DNA of 64,000 bases from IMG/VR virus record IMGVR_UViG_2706796186_000001, positions 160,001-224,000 of that record; one strand, written 5' to 3'. Source of the DNA: a virus. Taxonomy: Duplodnaviria; Caudoviricetes. The notes beneath the pieces are model-generated. The model made no database searches. It was not told the origin of the DNA and saw nothing but the letters and a program-made list of their open reading frames with translations. This document shows, piece by piece, positions 18,376 to 28,971 of this stretch (the first letter of the stretch is position 1; each line of letters starts with the position of its first letter). The translations under genes were made by a program, and so were the position numbers.

Positions 18376-19131
18376 ATGACCGAAGTCACCCCAACCAAAC
18401 GCACGCCGAATATCTTCGATGCACCCGATATCCATATCCCAACCATCGTCATCGGTATCGACGCCGAGACTAAGTCAACCCGCGCCGATGCGTATCCGGT
18501 TGCCATTGGGGCAGGGGCATGGGACATCGCCACAATGCGTCTTATCGCGACGCATTACCAGACCATCGACCCGAACGATGAGAAGGCCAAAGCCATCTTC
18601 CATGAAGACCCATACACCATGGCGTGGTGGCGTGGGGAAGGGGATAACCCAGACTATGCTCCATCGCGTGAAGCGTATGCCGAAGCATTCTCCGGCACCA
18701 TGCCGATGCCAGAAGCGTTGTGGGGGATGTACAACTTCCTTGAGAAGTTCAAATCTCACAAGGTTGCACTGACTATGCGTGGCCCAGAGTTCGATCAACC
18801 GATTCTGATGAACGCCTTTGCCCAGTGTGATGTCCCGACGAGTCTCCTGAAACGTTTCTCAATGCTGGACTCTGACCGGACGGCTGAGCGTATTATGCAC
18901 GCTTTCAACCTGACGCCGGACTACCGTGCGGAATCACATAACTGGACGCGCGGTAAAGACGCTTATCTGCACCATGCCTGTTTTGATGCAGCGCGTGAAG
19001 GTTACATTACTGCCCGTATTTATCACTTAGCGCTGGTTGCGCGGTTGCACGGCTTTGACCGTATGCTTGAAGCGCACAACCAACTGATGACCGGTGAATA
19101 TACGGCTATGGATTATCTGAGAGAGGAATAA
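18376..19131 (+). CDS. DEDDh 3'-5' exonuclease
   Basis: ExoI IDAET, ExoII RGPEFD, ExoIII HHACFDA; RBS AGGAG. Confidence 0.82.
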   Translation: MTEVTPTKRTPNIFDAPDIHIPTIVIGIDAETKSTRADAYPVAIGAGAWDIATMRLIATHYQTIDPNDEKAKAIFHEDPYTMAWWRGEGDNPDYAPSREAYAEAFSGTMPMPEALWGMYNFLEKFKSHKVALTMRGPEFDQPILMNAFAQCDVPTSLLKRFSMLDSDRTAERIMHAFNLTPDYRAESHNWTRGKDAYLHHACFDAAREGYITARIYHLALVARLHGFDRMLEAHNQLMTGEYTAMDYLREE

Positions 19132-20651
19132 TGGACGTTAAAGAGTACGATCATGTCGTCGTCTATACGGACGGTAGTCGTGTAGGCCCTCCAAATGGTA
19201 CGGGGGGCGGTATCCACGGGTACGCTTTCAACAGTGGGGTGTTAAATGAAAACACCCCGTACAGCCTGCCGGACGTAGAGGAGTGTGTCACGACCAACGG
19301 GTACAAGAAGTTCCCGAAGGACATTAAGAAGCCCACGGTACCTGAAACAGTTGATTTCTTCGACTGTGTAATTCCCGTTCCGGCGGAGTTCTGGTCGGAC
19401 GTGGCAGAACTGATGGCATTTATCAGTCTCTTTGAAAACTCACCTATCCTTGCCAAGAACTACACCATCTATATCGATGCGTCTTACGTGGTCAACGCGT
19501 GGAACGATTGGATGGACGGATGGCGTAAGCGCGGTTGGACGAAGGCAGACGGTACCCCGATTGCTAACGTCAACCTTATCAAGAAGATTGATGAGATTAA
19601 GACCCGTTTGCGTCAAGAAGGCCGTTCTATCCGCGTGATCAAAATCAAAGGCCACGCAGGGTTCTACGGTAACGAGCGTGCAGACATGATGGCGCGTAAA
19701 GCCTCATCAATGGTTGCTGCGGGTCAAGGGGTTGAGTACCGTCCGTTGTGGAGCGTCTCCGGTGAGCTGCCTGTGGAACCCGAAGCTGAGGTCATGGGTA
19801 GCGACGGCAGTTTACTCAACATGCCAAAAATCACCAACACGAAGTTCTGCTATCCGTTAGTGAATGAGGAACACCCAACCTTGTCCATTAACGGTGAAAG
19901 CTGGAAATACATGTTCGGTGGGAACCACGCAAAGAACAAGGAAGATATCGTGTTCATCGGTAAGATGATACCCGATGCGCAGTTTGCGGTGTTCCTGAGT
20001 AAAGACGGTTGGGATAACATTTACCAGTTGGTCAACAAGCACAACGAATTGGCGTGGGATAATATCCCGCCGATGAAACGTTATGACCCAATTGCCATTG
20101 TGTACAACACGATGATTAAGCGCAAGAAGTTCCAAGACGCTGCGAAAGAAGGGTTGCCGGTTAATCTGATGAAATTCAGTGAAGACGGGAACCTGTGGAT
20201 GTACGATGACCTTGCAATTACGCGTGTCGTGCGCCCAGCGCTGCTCTCTTACCGTGCGTTGGAAATCCGTGATGAACTGGCTGCCTTTTTACGCGACGGC
20301 GTAGAAGACCGCTCAAGCGTTGTGCTGAACGATATCACCCATCTGCTATTTGATGAGAAAGACAAGCCGGTGAAGACCTTCTACCGTAATGTCGATGTCA
20401 GCTTCAACGTGAAGGTCAACTACCCTGAAAGTGACAAGCAGATTCCGATTATCCTGACCCGTAATATCGACATGCCGGATCGTACCGACATGAACCGTAT
20501 CATGGAGCCAGGCGGTAAATGGTACGTGGCTTGTCGTCGTCCCCAGAAACGTTGCGTGGAGTTTGCTGTAGTCTACATTGGTAAGGAATACCATGGACTG
20601 TGGTGTGGCTATTATGCCAACAAACGCATCCTGAGAGAAGAGGAAGTGTAA
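19131..20651 (+). CDS. rnhA: Ribonuclease HI with a long C-terminal extension
   Basis: YTDGS, AELMA, IDASYV, W...W..RGW...DG.PI.N, KIKGHAG..GNERAD. Confidence 0.92.
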   Translation: MDVKEYDHVVVYTDGSRVGPPNGTGGGIHGYAFNSGVLNENTPYSLPDVEECVTTNGYKKFPKDIKKPTVPETVDFFDCVIPVPAEFWSDVAELMAFISLFENSPILAKNYTIYIDASYVVNAWNDWMDGWRKRGWTKADGTPIANVNLIKKIDEIKTRLRQEGRSIRVIKIKGHAGFYGNERADMMARKASSMVAAGQGVEYRPLWSVSGELPVEPEAEVMGSDGSLLNMPKITNTKFCYPLVNEEHPTLSINGESWKYMFGGNHAKNKEDIVFIGKMIPDAQFAVFLSKDGWDNIYQLVNKHNELAWDNIPPMKRYDPIAIVYNTMIKRKKFQDAAKEGLPVNLMKFSEDGNLWMYDDLAITRVVRPALLSYRALEIRDELAAFLRDGVEDRSSVVLNDITHLLFDEKDKPVKTFYRNVDVSFNVKVNYPESDKQIPIILTRNIDMPDRTDMNRIMEPGGKWYVACRRPQKRCVEFAVVYIGKEYHGLWCGYYANKRILREEEV

Positions 20652-21403
20652 TGCAGAAGTTGCACAGCCAAACGCTTGTGATGCACACCGCGCAGTTGGT
20701 GGAGTCGATGGCGGACTACGCGTTTCTCACGTATGTGAAAGACCGTGCACGGTGTCAGGTGGAAGGGATTCCACCGTTTGATTGTCGTGAGATTGGGAAG
20801 CAGGCCATGGCGGAAGTCGTGGCTGAACTCCTGCTCGATGCGATCATGGGAATTAACGCCAACACCGGTTTCAGTTATCGCGGCGTCGTGAAGATGCCGG
20901 TTATCCACACTGAGAAGTATCAGAACTGGCGTGATTCAGGTAATTGTGGGATGTTCACCATCGAAGAGATGTTTGACGCCCATTGTCGCGAGTTACCACT
21001 GGGGCCACTCATCGAAGGCGCTATCCGCTGGTACACCAGTGAGTTTGTCAACGAGATCATGGCACTGATCAACAACGATTGGTACTGTGACCGAGAAAAT
21101 GAACTCGTTATCTTTACCAATCGTGAGTTGCTCGTGAAGCAGATTCTCAACGGGACGGTGGTGTTGCCATTGCTGGCGAAGGAAGATTACGAATTTGCCG
21201 CTGAGGCGGACAGCTTCGAAGCAATTCGTGACGAAGTCTTCCAATGGCCATACTCGTTTGTCACCCAAAACGAGATGAAGGTGTTGCACGAACGTATTCC
21301 GTCTTTCATCCTCTCGCCAGAAGACCAAGATTCCGATGAAGATCCTACGGTCGAACTCTACGTCTTGAAGCCAGAAGTGATTGATAGAATCAAAAAACTC
21401 TGA
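20651..21403 (+). CDS. Acidic hypothetical protein
   Basis: TAATG coupling, RBS GAGG. Confidence 0.75.
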   Translation: MQKLHSQTLVMHTAQLVESMADYAFLTYVKDRARCQVEGIPPFDCREIGKQAMAEVVAELLLDAIMGINANTGFSYRGVVKMPVIHTEKYQNWRDSGNCGMFTIEEMFDAHCRELPLGPLIEGAIRWYTSEFVNEIMALINNDWYCDRENELVIFTNRELLVKQILNGTVVLPLLAKEDYEFAAEADSFEAIRDEVFQWPYSFVTQNEMKVLHERIPSFILSPEDQDSDEDPTVELYVLKPEVIDRIKKL

Positions 21404-21424
21404 GATAGATATTATCTTGGTGAG
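21404..21424 (+). promoter_or_regulatory. Putative early promoter
   Basis: GATAGATATTATCTTGGTGAG, close to the 2750 and 62340 motif. Confidence 0.6.
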
Positions 21425-21445
21425 CAGTCTATAAGGAGTATCAAA

Positions 21446-22180
21446 ATGCTTCGTGTCAACACCCCCGAACTCCTTCTCTTTAACCCCTCGCTTGTCGAGG
21501 GGTTGTTCGACAAGATGTGGGAGCGATACTTTAGAGAGGAGATGAATTCTGACCCGTGGTGGGAACGCTACCGTGGTGACTTCTTTCTGGACTCTTCGCA
21601 GATTACGCTGGATGTGTTCAGCCGCTGTGTCGAAGAAGTAGTACAAGCTGCAAACCTGCGTCGTCCGATGGACTTCAATTACATCACGTTTGATTTTTCA
21701 TGGTACATGGACAATTACAACTACGAATGTGATTTGGGGATAGACGACCAAGAGAAGATTGAAAACAAGATGTTTGATTTCTTCCACTTTGCAATTAACC
21801 AATTGGTTTCACAGGAGTTCTTAGATGCGGCATGCAAACGACTAACCCCGACATGGGAATCCTTAACGGAACTCGTGGGGCAGCGTGGCATTGTGGGCTT
21901 CTGGTACGAACCCTGTCAAGGCCAGATGCACATGGACTCAGGACGTGACCACGTCTGGGCGGTGCAAGAAGGGGATTATGACGCTGAGCTGTATGCTGAG
22001 TGGCAAGGTGCGGTTGCAGGCACACTCTTTTACCACGCCACCATTGGCGATGGTAATGAGTTTTATTTATTTAATGGGTCGCTTATCCAAGACGGACAAA
22101 CACTTGACCACATCCCACTTGGGGAGATGGTGACACTGTGTCGTCTGACTGAACAAGCACAAACTATCATTGACCTTTAA
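21446..22180 (+). CDS. Acidic hypothetical protein
   Basis: RBS AAGGAG. Confidence 0.8.
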   Translation: MLRVNTPELLLFNPSLVEGLFDKMWERYFREEMNSDPWWERYRGDFFLDSSQITLDVFSRCVEEVVQAANLRRPMDFNYITFDFSWYMDNYNYECDLGIDDQEKIENKMFDFFHFAINQLVSQEFLDAACKRLTPTWESLTELVGQRGIVGFWYEPCQGQMHMDSGRDHVWAVQEGDYDAELYAEWQGAVAGTLFYHATIGDGNEFYLFNGSLIQDGQTLDHIPLGEMVTLCRLTEQAQTIIDL

Positions 22181-22192
22181 GGAGTATCTACC

Positions 22193-22561
22193 ATGAAACT
22201 TGATCAAGCTATCCAACAGTATGTTACCCAATTCGACCGACACGGCCTGTTCCTGCTGCGCTTCACTAACGAAACCCAACTGCTGGAGCACAACCCAAAA
22301 ACGTTTGCCGTGGTGTATGAAAACGACGGCATCGGTGAACCAGAGCGTATGACGCTGCGTAAGCTGCGTCAAGATGCCATTGAAGCCAAGGTCGTTCATG
22401 TTCAACCTGTCGTCTGTGCCCAAGGCTGGCCGGGTAAGCTCGATGTCGAAGCAGACGTGGTGTTAACTGTCGTGCAGGACGGTGACGTGCGTCGACTGGT
22501 GCCTGTAAAATGGCGTACCCTTGACACCCTGCCAGACGGCGTTGAATTCACGGAGTTGTAA
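22193..22561 (+). CDS. Hypothetical protein
   Basis: RBS AAGGAG. Confidence 0.75.
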   Translation: MKLDQAIQQYVTQFDRHGLFLLRFTNETQLLEHNPKTFAVVYENDGIGEPERMTLRKLRQDAIEAKVVHVQPVVCAQGWPGKLDVEADVVLTVVQDGDVRRLVPVKWRTLDTLPDGVEFTEL

Positions 22562-22563
22562 GT

Positions 22564-23301
22564 ATGGATATGCGTCCCGTCAGGTTATACCTGCTGACGG
22601 CGCTTCACGATCATTTGATGCGTCTCGGTGAGGCGCGTCATATCGCGAAGACAGCGTATCTGATGATTGCGCGAGAAATCGCGCGGTCTGACTTACGTGA
22701 CCGTCACAAATGGCTGTTAACGGATGTGTGCGAGCGTTTGAAAGCACGCGTCTATTCGGATGAACTTACCCGTGCCCTTTCCTACGTCTGGGTCTATGAT
22801 GACATTCGGGACGAATCCTTTCTCGACAACAGCGCACGGGTGGTTAAGTTAATCGAACGGGTGACCAACGATTACTACGCAACCACGGGTGGCCTCACAA
22901 CCGAAGTGAATATCCAAAGCTCCATCTTGGATTCGCTTCGTGAGACTGCCAATCATCTCGATGCGCCCATTCTTTTTTCTACCGACTATGACCTGTTGCG
23001 TTTTCGCATCTGGTTTACTGGGGAAATGGATGACGTCGACATGCACGAGCTGTGGTGTCATGACGTGCACAGCATGGATGAATGGACGTCCCTGCTTACG
23101 ACCTACCCATCGGAGAAATACTTGTGGCGTCAAGATCACGAGCCGCTGCTTCCAGAGAGATTAGATGAAGAAGGTTACGACATCGAAGCGTTCTGGAAAA
23201 ACATCACGATTCTCAGTTTGGACAAGCTCTACGTCGAAGCGAAGGAGCGTCTGTGCTCCGAGGATGAAGACCGATGCGAACTGTACACAGCTATGCACTG
23301 A
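22564..23301 (+). CDS. Acidic hypothetical protein
   Basis: RBS GGAG, tightly packed. Confidence 0.75.
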   Translation: MDMRPVRLYLLTALHDHLMRLGEARHIAKTAYLMIAREIARSDLRDRHKWLLTDVCERLKARVYSDELTRALSYVWVYDDIRDESFLDNSARVVKLIERVTNDYYATTGGLTTEVNIQSSILDSLRETANHLDAPILFSTDYDLLRFRIWFTGEMDDVDMHELWCHDVHSMDEWTSLLTTYPSEKYLWRQDHEPLLPERLDEEGYDIEAFWKNITILSLDKLYVEAKERLCSEDEDRCELYTAMH

Positions 23302-23690
23302 TGATGTTCCAAGCGTGGTGGCCAAAGCTCACGGAAGGGATTATTGGCGTGTCGGGGTGGGAATATGTGCTGGTGACCTCGTACCTGATAGAGTGTGCGA
23401 AGAACGGCCTTATCCTGCCCAGTGAACGTCGTCAGGCGATGCTGATGGAGAAACTTGACTCCATGTATCCCGCGGCGATGTTCCAACACCGTAAGCATTT
23501 GTTCCATGCTGCGCTTGTTGAGTTAGGTGATGAACGTACTGCGATTATCGTGAAGAAAATACGCGATGAGATGGTTAATGTGTCACGCGAACTTAATCTG
23601 GTTTGGGTCGGTGTGTCGTACACACCGTTAGATGTTGTTCGTTGTCGTTACCAAGTTAATTTCGCAGCCACAACCCGAGGTGTTGCATGA
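23301..23690 (+). CDS. Hypothetical protein
   Basis: TGATG coupling. Confidence 0.7.
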   Translation: MMFQAWWPKLTEGIIGVSGWEYVLVTSYLIECAKNGLILPSERRQAMLMEKLDSMYPAAMFQHRKHLFHAALVELGDERTAIIVKKIRDEMVNVSRELNLVWVGVSYTPLDVVRCRYQVNFAATTRGVA

Positions 23691-24226
23691 AAGTATTATT
23701 AGACTTCTCGTTATCAGAATCGCGGGCAAAGCTCGATGCGGTTTTGCTGGCGATGAAGAAGTCATTGGAGTTCGAAGTCCACAACGCGCTCGCGGAGTAT
23801 GAGCGTACGTTAAAAGTGGAAACGGGCGATACCTATTGTCTGGTCGATGCCGAGGGGATTGTCAAAACCACGGTCGATGGGATGATTGATAAAGTCCGTA
23901 ACGTCCTCAGTACCCCACTGCCAGTTATGGTGGCACACTGGGACGATGGGGCCGATGTACTTGACCTGATTCGCGATGCCTTTGAGAAAGGTGCAGCGAA
24001 CATGGAAAGTATGGCACTGGGTGATGCTACCGAAGTGTACGTGACCGTCCCGATGAAAGAGGGCGGTAACAACTTTGAGATGGTGTCTCTGCACGAGGTG
24101 CTGAACACGGCCAATTCGCAGGCGATTGATAAGATACTGAACGACGCGTGTGTTAAAGTGCGCGACATCTGTATCAAAGAGATTGTCTACATTCAGGAAA
24201 AACTCTTGAAGGGAGCTACCTGGTGA
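23687..24226 (+). CDS. Hypothetical protein
   Basis: ATGA overlap, RBS GAGG. Confidence 0.75.
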   Translation: MKVLLDFSLSESRAKLDAVLLAMKKSLEFEVHNALAEYERTLKVETGDTYCLVDAEGIVKTTVDGMIDKVRNVLSTPLPVMVAHWDDGADVLDLIRDAFEKGAANMESMALGDATEVYVTVPMKEGGNNFEMVSLHEVLNTANSQAIDKILNDACVKVRDICIKEIVYIQEKLLKGATW

Positions 24227-24825
24227 AACTCCACATTAACCTGACCCCCAGTAACTTTGAAAAGCACTGGCCGGAAATGATGATGCAAATCCGTGAGTCG
24301 ATGGATGCGTTCATGCATGAGTTTACCGGCTTGGCGGTAGAAGACAACAAACTTCTCACGCTGCCACTCTGGTCTGTTTTGTTTGATCCGATATCGCGGT
24401 TGTCTAACTCCATGCTGACGTTTGAATTTGACAAGACAGACATCGAAGATAAACGTATTGAGAAGAACATCGAGATTATCACCCTCGATACGAAACTCGA
24501 CAGCGTGCTGGAAGACATTCGCGATGCGGTGAACTACGAGTTGAATGAGTTCAAGACATCCACCACTGCGAATGAAGCACTCAACGAATGGTTAAAAGAG
24601 ATGTCTGACGAAACCCGTGGTAAGTTACGGGATGAGTTGGTTGGGTTGGTTCATCGACACATCTCGACACTACTCGATATCCTGTTCGCGCAACTGACAG
24701 CGGAAATCATCGAAATCTCGTTCCGCTTTCGCCCGCGTCCGGTGTTAGTGTCAACGGATGGTGGTACGAAGATGGTAGGACGTATATCGGATATGATTCA
24801 GGACGTCCCTGACGAACCGGCTTAA
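24223..24825 (+). CDS. Hypothetical protein
   Basis: GTGA overlap, RBS GGAG. Confidence 0.75.
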   Translation: MKLHINLTPSNFEKHWPEMMMQIRESMDAFMHEFTGLAVEDNKLLTLPLWSVLFDPISRLSNSMLTFEFDKTDIEDKRIEKNIEIITLDTKLDSVLEDIRDAVNYELNEFKTSTTANEALNEWLKEMSDETRGKLRDELVGLVHRHISTLLDILFAQLTAEIIEISFRFRPRPVLVSTDGGTKMVGRISDMIQDVPDEPA

Positions 24826-24827
24826 CC

Positions 24828-25307
24828 ATGAACGTGTATTTCGATTACGATGACTCGCATATCCGGCAGTTGTGGGTTGATGCGTTTGACAGTATTCGTA
24901 TCGATTTGCAAGAGTATCTGCGAAATCAGATGCGTGAGTGCTCGCACACGGAATCGGTTGTTCTGGCGCAAACGTTGTTACAGCCCACCTATCAGGTGTT
25001 TTACAAACAACACGACACTGTGTTTCGGACGGTCGTGGAAAAGGAAGACTTAGACGCATCGGAGTATTCGTTTGAGCTTGACGATGAAGCATACCGGAAA
25101 CTCATCACCCAGAGTATCGAGGTGTCGGTTGTGGCAACGAAGAAGACGTGGAATGTCAGGACGTTGCCGGTGTTATTCGACCGGGATATCGTCTGCCAAA
25201 AAATCGAGGCCATTCTCTTCGAGCATTTGGATGAGTTTGTCATTGAGTTGGTTGGGTACATGGAAGCCTTTGTCAACGAACTGATAGAGCAACGTCGAAA
25301 TAAATAA
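24828..25307 (+). CDS. Hypothetical protein
   Basis: Last gene of the run, ends at a terminator. Confidence 0.75.
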   Translation: MNVYFDYDDSHIRQLWVDAFDSIRIDLQEYLRNQMRECSHTESVVLAQTLLQPTYQVFYKQHDTVFRTVVEKEDLDASEYSFELDDEAYRKLITQSIEVSVVATKKTWNVRTLPVLFDRDIVCQKIEAILFEHLDEFVIELVGYMEAFVNELIEQRRNK

Positions 25308-25351
25308 AAAGCCTACCTACTCCATCGGGAGTAGGTAGCTTTATTTTTTTT
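25301..25351. terminator. Conserved bidirectional terminator, copy 2
   Basis: TAAATAAAAAGCCTACCTACTCC-ATCG-GGAGTAGGTAGCTTTATTTTTT at a convergent junction. Confidence 0.85.
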
Positions 25352-26105
25352 ATTTTGAATTGGCCTTTAAGGCTTTCAGTCTATCCCCGGTCTGGCTTAA
25401 TGCTTGAATCAGCTCGTTGTTCTGTTTCATGAACAGACCAAACAGCTCAACCCAATCGGATGCCATGTCCAGCATCTTGACGATTTCAGCAGCGCACTGC
25501 GGATGTACCGGCGTTTCTGCTAACTCATCTGTGCTGGCACCGATGCTGGCAATCAGCTTATCGATATTGCGCTTGAGCTTTTCAGTAACCTCTTTGCTCA
25601 GTGCTTTGCTGCGGTTGAACGCCACATCAATCTCACCGGCATTGTGGAAGACCTTCTCAATCGGACGTTGGTCGACCGACGTTGTGGTGTAAGACGCAGC
25701 CAATTTCTTGACGAGGTCTTTCGGGTCAACGTTTTTGAGCGGGTATTTCAAATCTTTGAAGCGGAAACCGACAGGAACGGTAAGCATTCCTTTGTCATGG
25801 GTAAACGCAGCCAGTTGGCGGTTCACCGGTTCCAGCACGCCATCAATCAGGTTGTCCAGTACAGACCACACCGATTCCAGACGCTGGATATGGTCAATCA
25901 TGTACACGTTCAGACCCGGTGGTACGGTGACAAGCATCCCGGAGAAATGCAGGAACTTCTCTTGCTGCATCCATTTGGACATTGCCGACATGTCATCGTA
26001 GTTTGCCGGTTTGATTTCTTGTTCGCTTCCGTTGAACGTCTTAGGAAGCACAGCCGACACTTTCGAGGCAAAAGTAGAAAGCGCGGCAATCGGGTTCAGG
26101 TTCAT
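25350..26105 (-). CDS. Probable virion (head) protein
   Basis: ATG at 26105 with GAGG RBS; reverse-strand gene beside uvsX as in phiKZ-like phages (synteny only). Confidence 0.55.
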   Translation of the reverse strand: MNLNPIAALSTFASKVSAVLPKTFNGSEQEIKPANYDDMSAMSKWMQQEKFLHFSGMLVTVPPGLNVYMIDHIQRLESVWSVLDNLIDGVLEPVNRQLAAFTHDKGMLTVPVGFRFKDLKYPLKNVDPKDLVKKLAASYTTTSVDQRPIEKVFHNAGEIDVAFNRSKALSKEVTEKLKRNIDKLIASIGASTDELAETPVHPQCAAEIVKMLDMASDWVELFGLFMKQNNELIQALSQTGDRLKALKANSK

Positions 26106-26143
26106 TTTCACCTCGGTGGAAGGGTAGGCTACATACTAAGTCT

Positions 26144-26168
26144 TTTTACGGTTAAGCCCTGTGTTATG
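26144..26168 (+). promoter_or_regulatory. Putative TTTTAC-N15-TATG promoter for the uvsX operon
   Basis: Conserved spacing inside a divergent intergenic region with no terminator hairpin. Confidence 0.6.
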
Positions 26169-26196
26169 TAGACGACTAACCCCTGAGGAATTGAAG

Positions 26197-26472
26197 ATGC
26201 AAATCAAAATGTTTACGCGTGCCTTGTCCGCGAAATTCGAACCTGAAATCTATTTCACCCCGCTGCGTAAGGATAATGAAGGCAATCGTGTTGTGGTTGG
26301 TCGTATCCTGAAATCAGAAACGCTGGCTGATGGTAAGCGTCAGTTGACCATCGAAATCGACGATCGTAACAAAAACCGTTTCAAAGACTTGGGCGAAGAA
26401 GCCTGGGTTGAGCAACACTTCGAACTGAATAACAAGCGTCGCCTGATGCTGCCTACCAAAAAACGCGCTTAA
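26197..26472 (+). CDS. Small basic hypothetical protein
   Basis: RBS GAGGA, start MQIKMF. Confidence 0.7.
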   Translation: MQIKMFTRALSAKFEPEIYFTPLRKDNEGNRVVVGRILKSETLADGKRQLTIEIDDRNKNRFKDLGEEAWVEQHFELNNKRRLMLPTKKRA

Positions 26473-26484
26473 CGGAGTTACGAC

Positions 26485-27984
26485 ATGGCAGGTCCAGCAA
26501 AACAAGTCATGGGTGAGGTGATTCGCCCACGCTTTAACGTCTACACCATTATGGATCATGCGCTTGGTACGTATGTGAAAGGTGAAGACGGCCTCTACTA
26601 CCTGAACGGTGGTTTTGCCCACATCATGGGCTTTGCGGGTCGCGGTAACACCTTTAAGTCGACGCTGATGGATTTCTGCATCTTCCAGATGCTTATCCGT
26701 TATCGTGCTGCGTGGGGGTCGAAGTTCGATACCGAAGTCTCAGCAGCACTCGACCGTCTGGAGCAGGGCTATATCTCTGCACAGAACGCCAACGGTATCC
26801 ACGATGGGTCTTCTGTACTGAGCCTCATTGAAGAAGAACGTTATAACCTCGTGGGTTCTGACGTCATGCCGGGCGAAGAGTATTACGCCAACTACATCCG
26901 TGATGAAGTGGAAGGCCGCTTTAAAGCGTACATGGGCGGCAAGGGTGTGCGTGAAACGCCGTTCCCTGATCCGGTACGCAAACGCAATAAGACCATGAAC
27001 GACCCATGGTATTACTCCATCGACTCCCTGTCTGAGTGGCACTCGTCTAAAATTGAAGACAAGCACTCTGAAACCAAAGTCGGTGATTCAGAGCAGAACG
27101 CCCTGAACATGCGTGACTCACTGGAGAAATCCAACATGATGTCACGTTGGCCGTCAGCGCTGGCTCGTGGTGGCTTCTTCTTAGCCTTCGTTGCGCAGCT
27201 GGCTGATGACTCCGGTAAAGCAATGTCGCAGGGCGGCAAAGGCGCGAAGCCTGCTAACGCCAAACTGCTGGATGATGCGGGCGATGATCTGAAATTCGCG
27301 GGCATCCCACGTCGTCAAATTTCCTTCCTGACCAACTCCCTGCTGGTTGCGACCAAGTCGGGTGAGCTGAAACATGAAGGTAGCTACGACGCGAAGACCG
27401 GCGTCAACGAAGAGTTGTACCCGACCAAACGTTCGAAGGCGATGAACGCCTCGGTGAACGACCTGAAAGAAATCGTCTTCACACAGTATCGTGCGAAGGG
27501 CGGCCATACCGGTGTGAAATTCCGTATGGTGTTCTCTCAGGAGATGGGTCTGCTGTATCACCTCTCACTGTGGCATTACCTCGATAAGGTACTGAAAACC
27601 GAATACGGTTACACCAGTGCTGGTTCAGGTGGCGCTATCAAAGAGCTGGCGATTCTGCCGGGTCTCAAGTTCGGCCGTACGACGATTCGTGACCTCTGCG
27701 ATGAGAACGTGCGTCTGCGTCGTGCACTGGAAATTACCGCTGCGCTGGCGTACATGCAGAACAACTACCACCGTCTGGAAATGAAGTATCACATCTCTCC
27801 TCAGGAATTGTATGAGAAGATCAACGAAAAGTGGGACTGGGACGAGATTCTGGATAACACCGTTGAGTATTGGATGTTCAAAGACCAGGAAGTCAAAGGT
27901 GGTAAACGCACACTGACAGCAATGAGTCTGCTGGCAATGGCGGTGGATGGTCTGGAACCGAAGTTCTTAACCAAGAAAAAGTAA
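26485..27984 (+). CDS. uvsX: UvsX/RecA-like recombinase
   Basis: Walker A GRGNTFKST, Walker B YSIDSLS, FVAQL; size and context typical of phiKZ-like UvsX. Confidence 0.85.
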   Translation: MAGPAKQVMGEVIRPRFNVYTIMDHALGTYVKGEDGLYYLNGGFAHIMGFAGRGNTFKSTLMDFCIFQMLIRYRAAWGSKFDTEVSAALDRLEQGYISAQNANGIHDGSSVLSLIEEERYNLVGSDVMPGEEYYANYIRDEVEGRFKAYMGGKGVRETPFPDPVRKRNKTMNDPWYYSIDSLSEWHSSKIEDKHSETKVGDSEQNALNMRDSLEKSNMMSRWPSALARGGFFLAFVAQLADDSGKAMSQGGKGAKPANAKLLDDAGDDLKFAGIPRRQISFLTNSLLVATKSGELKHEGSYDAKTGVNEELYPTKRSKAMNASVNDLKEIVFTQYRAKGGHTGVKFRMVFSQEMGLLYHLSLWHYLDKVLKTEYGYTSAGSGGAIKELAILPGLKFGRTTIRDLCDENVRLRRALEITAALAYMQNNYHRLEMKYHISPQELYEKINEKWDWDEILDNTVEYWMFKDQEVKGGKRTLTAMSLLAMAVDGLEPKFLTKKK

Positions 27985-28024
27985 TCTGTTGTGGCGGGGC
28001 AACCCGCCACTTGAGGAGCAACCC

Positions 28025-28306
28025 ATGCGTTATCAAAATGATATTGTCGAGCGGTTGCGTCAAGGTATTGCAGCAGTAAATCGTGAGGTGAGTGATCAGC
28101 TGGTTGTTGAGCTGAGTAAACCCCACCACAACCTCTCCGATTTTGCACAGTGTACGAATCAATTCTACACCAAGCTGCTCGGTACAAACGGCGCTAACCA
28201 AAACACGTTCAGTATTCCTGAGAATACGGATGCTATCCCTTTCTGGATTGAAGATCTGGAATCCGCAGTCTTGCCTGTCCTGCGTGTCGCGGGGGCAATG
28301 CAATGA
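28025..28306 (+). CDS. Hypothetical protein
   Basis: RBS GAGGAG, preceded by a GCAA-loop hairpin. Confidence 0.7.
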   Translation: MRYQNDIVERLRQGIAAVNREVSDQLVVELSKPHHNLSDFAQCTNQFYTKLLGTNGANQNTFSIPENTDAIPFWIEDLESAVLPVLRVAGAMQ

Positions 28307-28971
28307 AATTAGATCCTGCGCGCCGCAAGAAAGCCGAAGCGTTTATCTATCAGCTGTTAACACTCATCGACCCGTCAGGGATTAACACCGAAGCCGCGAA
28401 AGCGTCCCTACCGGGGTTAAGCGACGAAGACTTTAACAAGCTACGCCACGGCATTCCGATTTATAACCCGGCGGGCAGTAAGGTGCAAATCGACCACATG
28501 CGCAACGTAGAAATCTGTCGTGCGTTGGGGTTAGAGTTGTGCCAGCGTCTGTACTTTACGGAACCGAAGACGGGCTTAGTGCACCGAACTCGTTGGCCGC
28601 ATATTGTCGTACCCTTACCGGTGCGCCGACAGACGCAGATGCGAGAAAAGAAAATTGCTGTTGCGAAGAACGACCGTGTTCGCGACAAACTCTCTGGCCA
28701 AGTGGTCGGCCCATCCAAAGCGTCTGGGGTATCCTTCCCTGAGTCGTACATTATGTTCTCGGATGGTCTGGACAATAGCTTGGAAGAGTTCTTGCATGCG
28801 CGTGGAGGGAATGAAGCACTACAACGTGCGTTCTACCAATCCATCCGACAAACTGGCCAAGGCCGTATCAAGATACCCGGTGCCGAACGCACCTCCAGTA
28901 AAGCCACTCGTACGTGGAGTGCCTATTACAAAGCCATGGGTATCGGTAACAACATAGGTTCCCCGCAATGA
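28303..28971 (+). CDS. rpoB: Virion RNA polymerase beta subunit, C-terminal part (phiKZ gp149-like)
   Basis: RRQTQ..EKK, RDKLSGQV.G.SK...S.PE and LEEFLHARGG resemble the beta C-terminal segment; synteny with uvsX. Confidence 0.78.
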   Translation: MKLDPARRKKAEAFIYQLLTLIDPSGINTEAAKASLPGLSDEDFNKLRHGIPIYNPAGSKVQIDHMRNVEICRALGLELCQRLYFTEPKTGLVHRTRWPHIVVPLPVRRQTQMREKKIAVAKNDRVRDKLSGQVVGPSKASGVSFPESYIMFSDGLDNSLEEFLHARGGNEALQRAFYQSIRQTGQGRIKIPGAERTSSKATRTWSAYYKAMGIGNNIGSPQ

